Source: a virus (taxonomy: Duplodnaviria > Heunggongvirae > Uroviricota > Caudoviricetes). From it: DNA of 9,698 nt. Under the pieces are notes generated by a model. The model did not search any database. It was not told where the DNA came from and saw only the letters and a list, made by a program, of their open reading frames with translations. The translations under genes were made by a program, and so were the position numbers. Positions within the stretch are counted from its first letter, which is position 1; the number at the start of each line of letters is the position of its first letter. This document shows positions 8,449 through 9,698 of the stretch, in pieces. The stretch is taken from IMG/VR virus record IMGVR_UViG_2541047444_000010, one strand, 5' to 3'.

Positions 8449-8629
8449 TTACATCCCTCCACATAAACCGCAGAACAGAAGTGACTCTGTTTTTTTGTAA
8501 AGAAATGCCGCCATATAAAGATGTCGAACAAAAAACAACCACAATCATCATCTTTTTAATACTAACAGCATTAAAAACAACAAGTTACCATCATGATGAT
8601 GATGACGATAAAATCACAAAAATGCGCCT

Positions 8630-8660
8630 TTTTCCGCGCCCGCCCGCCCCGTGTTCAGGC
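8630..8660 (-). other. Candidate cos site (cosN-like G/C-rich core) of the packaging region
   Basis: Read on the minus strand, the core is CACGGGGCGGGCGGGCGCGGAAAAAGGCGC. This resembles the recalled lambda left end ACG|GGGCGGCGACCTCGCGGGTTTTCGC in composition and layout, and sits the same distance upstream of the Nu1-like start. The exact nick positions cannot be set from sequence alone. Confidence 0.45.
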
Positions 8661-8909
8661 CCACCCCACCAGGAGGACCCGCAAAAATGATAATGGTTAT
8701 CATTTGCAACAAAATCCAGTTTCTTCCACCATCGCACCGGACTGGCGACTATGAGGGGACAACACCGCGCTCCGTTAACGCGGTAAACCCCGGTGTGTAT
8801 CGTTTTTGATTATCCCCGCACACTCGCGCAGAGGATTCTCCCGGTCGGGCTGCGGTCTCTGTTAATGCAGGAATACGGCGACAATACCGCGCATGAATAA
8901 TAAGGTCGC

Positions 8910-9134
8910 TCAACACACTGGCTGTAATGCAGCGGATACCATGCGGCATTTAGCGGCATTCATCGTACACTCAACGGTTAGCTCTTCATTCGTGGCATTC
9001 ACCTGAAAGGTCCTGGAGTGTAATTGCGTACATTTACCACTGAACGAACCTTCAACAAGAACACGACCACGCTGCAAAATACGGAACGGAATTGTTCCCT
9101 GAAAAGGCTTTACGGTTACCAATAATTTCTTCAT
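8910..9134 (-). CDS. Hypothetical small protein (74 aa, five Cys), unassigned; accessory position between Rz/Rz1 and cos
   Basis: ATG at 9134 with a GGAG SD about 5 nt upstream, 23 nt after the Rz stop (the ORF track extends it to a TTG at 9152). Protein MKKLLVTVKPFQGTIPFRILQRGRVLVEGSFSGKCTQLHSRTFQVNATNEELTVECTMNAAKCRMVSAALQPVC. I recognise no family, and it has no clear signal peptide. Coding status is not proven. Confidence 0.45.
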   Translation of the reverse strand: MKKLLVTVKPFQGTIPFRILQRGRVLVEGSFSGKCTQLHSRTFQVNATNEELTVECTMNAAKCRMVSAALQPVC

Positions 9135-9157
9135 GCATTCTCCGAATAACAAAAATA

Positions 9158-9625
9158 CTAGTTAATACACTGAGTGCGGATATATTCCTGAAGCATTCTC
9201 AATGCTGCCTGGTCGCTGATGATTCCGTCTCTGATACCGAGAACGTTTCGTCCAGCAACCGGAGAGAGTTCGACGGCGGCATCATTGCCCACGCCGGAGG
9301 TGCCGGTGGCTTCACGCACGGTACCGGGGCAGGTGGCGTTGATCCGCAGGCGCTTACGACCAGCGGCAACATCAGCACGCAGAGTTTCATTTTCAGCTCT
9401 CGCATCGGCTAATTCCCTCGAGTATTTTGCATCGAGCGCAGCAACATCACGCTGGCGCACCTGCATGTCAGTAATGGTGGCATTCGCCTGTTCCAGCTCT
9501 CTGGCTTTTTTATCGCGCTGCGCTTTGTAGGTGAGCGCGTTGTCACGGTAATGGTTTGTTGCCAGCCACAGCGCACCATAGCCAACCGCCAGGACAATAA
9601 TCACCACACACAGAACACGGTTCAT
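9158..9625 (-). CDS. Rz: Rz i-spanin (inner-membrane spanin)
   Basis: 155-aa ORF with an N-terminal transmembrane segment [18 protein letters not shown] followed by [45 protein letters not shown], which closely matches recalled lambda Rz. The start ATG overlaps the upstream stop as ATGA. Confidence 0.9.
   Translation of the reverse strand: MNRVLCVVIIVLAVGYGALWLATNHYRDNALTYKAQRDKKARELEQANATITDMQVRQRDVAALDAKYSRELADARAENETLRADVAAGRKRLRINATCPGTVREATGTSGVGNDAAVELSPVAGRNVLGIRDGIISDQAALRMLQEYIRTQCIN
9199..9405 (-). CDS. Rz1: Rz1 o-spanin (outer-membrane lipoprotein), embedded in the +1 frame of Rz
   Basis: 68-aa ORF wholly inside Rz in another frame. [20 protein letters not shown] has a lipoprotein signal with a VSAC lipobox, followed by a Pro-rich segment [10 protein letters not shown]. 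Closely parallels recalled lambda Rz1 (MLKLKMMLCVMMLPLVVVGC...CVKPPPPPAW). Confidence 0.82.
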   Translation of the reverse strand: MRELKMKLCVLMLPLVVSACGSTPPAPVPCVKPPAPPAWAMMPPSNSLRLLDETFSVSETESSATRQH

Positions 9626-9698
9626 CTCTCTTTCACCCCACCAGTCCCGATAACGTCAGGACTCGCCAGGCGGTGGAAAAGAAAATGGCAACCAGCAT
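9622..9698 (-). CDS. 3' end of upstream lysis gene (probably endolysin), partial
   Basis: An open frame enters from the window end and stops at TGA 9624..9622, overlapping the Rz ATG as ATGA; the visible tail is ...[17 protein letters not shown]. Only about 24 codons are visible, and a second frame is also open to 9633, so both frame and identity are uncertain. The endolysin call rests on the lambda gene order S-R-Rz. Confidence 0.3.
   Translation of the reverse strand, partial: AGCHFLFHRLASPDVIGTGGVKER

Noticed and set aside
8481-8690. Plus-strand 69-codon ORF containing HHDDDDDK (an enterokinase-site/tag-like motif).
   Set aside because: It starts at a GTG with no Shine-Dalgarno, runs through the AT-rich cosB-like leader and the G/C-rich cos core, and is low-complexity. 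The DDDDK string arises from the GATGAT repeats, and no flanking vector-like sequence is present, so it is not a coding gene or an engineered tag.
8749-8949. Minus-strand 66-aa ORF (MPHGIRCITASV...).
   Set aside because: Its start overlaps the 3' end of the better-supported 8910..9134 ORF, it has no SD, and it is Arg-rich. It is more likely non-coding; the region is noted separately as unassigned.
9092-9412. Plus-strand 106-aa ORF and the other minus-frame ORFs 9219..9530 (+) and 9409..9597 (-) overlapping Rz.
   Set aside because: They are antisense or out of frame relative to the well-supported Rz gene. The only embedded frame with biological support is Rz1 (lipobox plus lambda similarity).
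1-9698. Search for CRISPR repeats, tRNA/tmRNA, integrase/att sites, IS elements or toxin-antitoxin/defence cassettes.
   Set aside because: No regularly spaced direct repeats, no tRNA-like cloverleaf-sized conserved segment, and no transposase- or integrase-like ORFs were seen. The window is filled by the late structural operon.
9633-9698. Alternative reading frame at the window end (...[18 protein letters not shown], stop at 9635..9633) as the 3' end of the upstream gene.
   Set aside because: The frame that ends with an ATGA overlap onto the Rz start is the more typical operon arrangement. With about 22 codons visible neither frame can be confirmed, so only one low-confidence partial CDS is reported.

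Overview
The window is almost entirely one minus-strand late operon of a lambda-like (lambdoid) enterobacterial phage or prophage. Read in the direction of transcription (right to left) it runs: 3' end of a lysis gene (probably endolysin), Rz/Rz1 spanins, a small unassigned 74-aa ORF, a candidate cos site with an AT-rich cosB-like leader, terminase small subunit (Nu1-like), terminase large subunit (GpA family), gpW-like head completion protein, portal, a single 659-723-aa ORF fusing a ClpP-like prohead protease to an HK97-fold major capsid protein, a DUF2190-like small protein, an FII-like connector, and tail proteins Z, U and V (V truncated by the window edge). All genes appear intact and tightly packed, with several ATGA/TAATG overlaps. 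Packaging, tail and lysis genes match lambda closely, whereas the head genes do not. Homology calls rest on my recall of lambda protein sequences and family motifs; no database search was possible. I do not see a defence system, CRISPR array, tRNA, integrase or IS element. The parts least explained by known functions are the small ORF between Rz and cos and the roughly 220 bp between it and cos.
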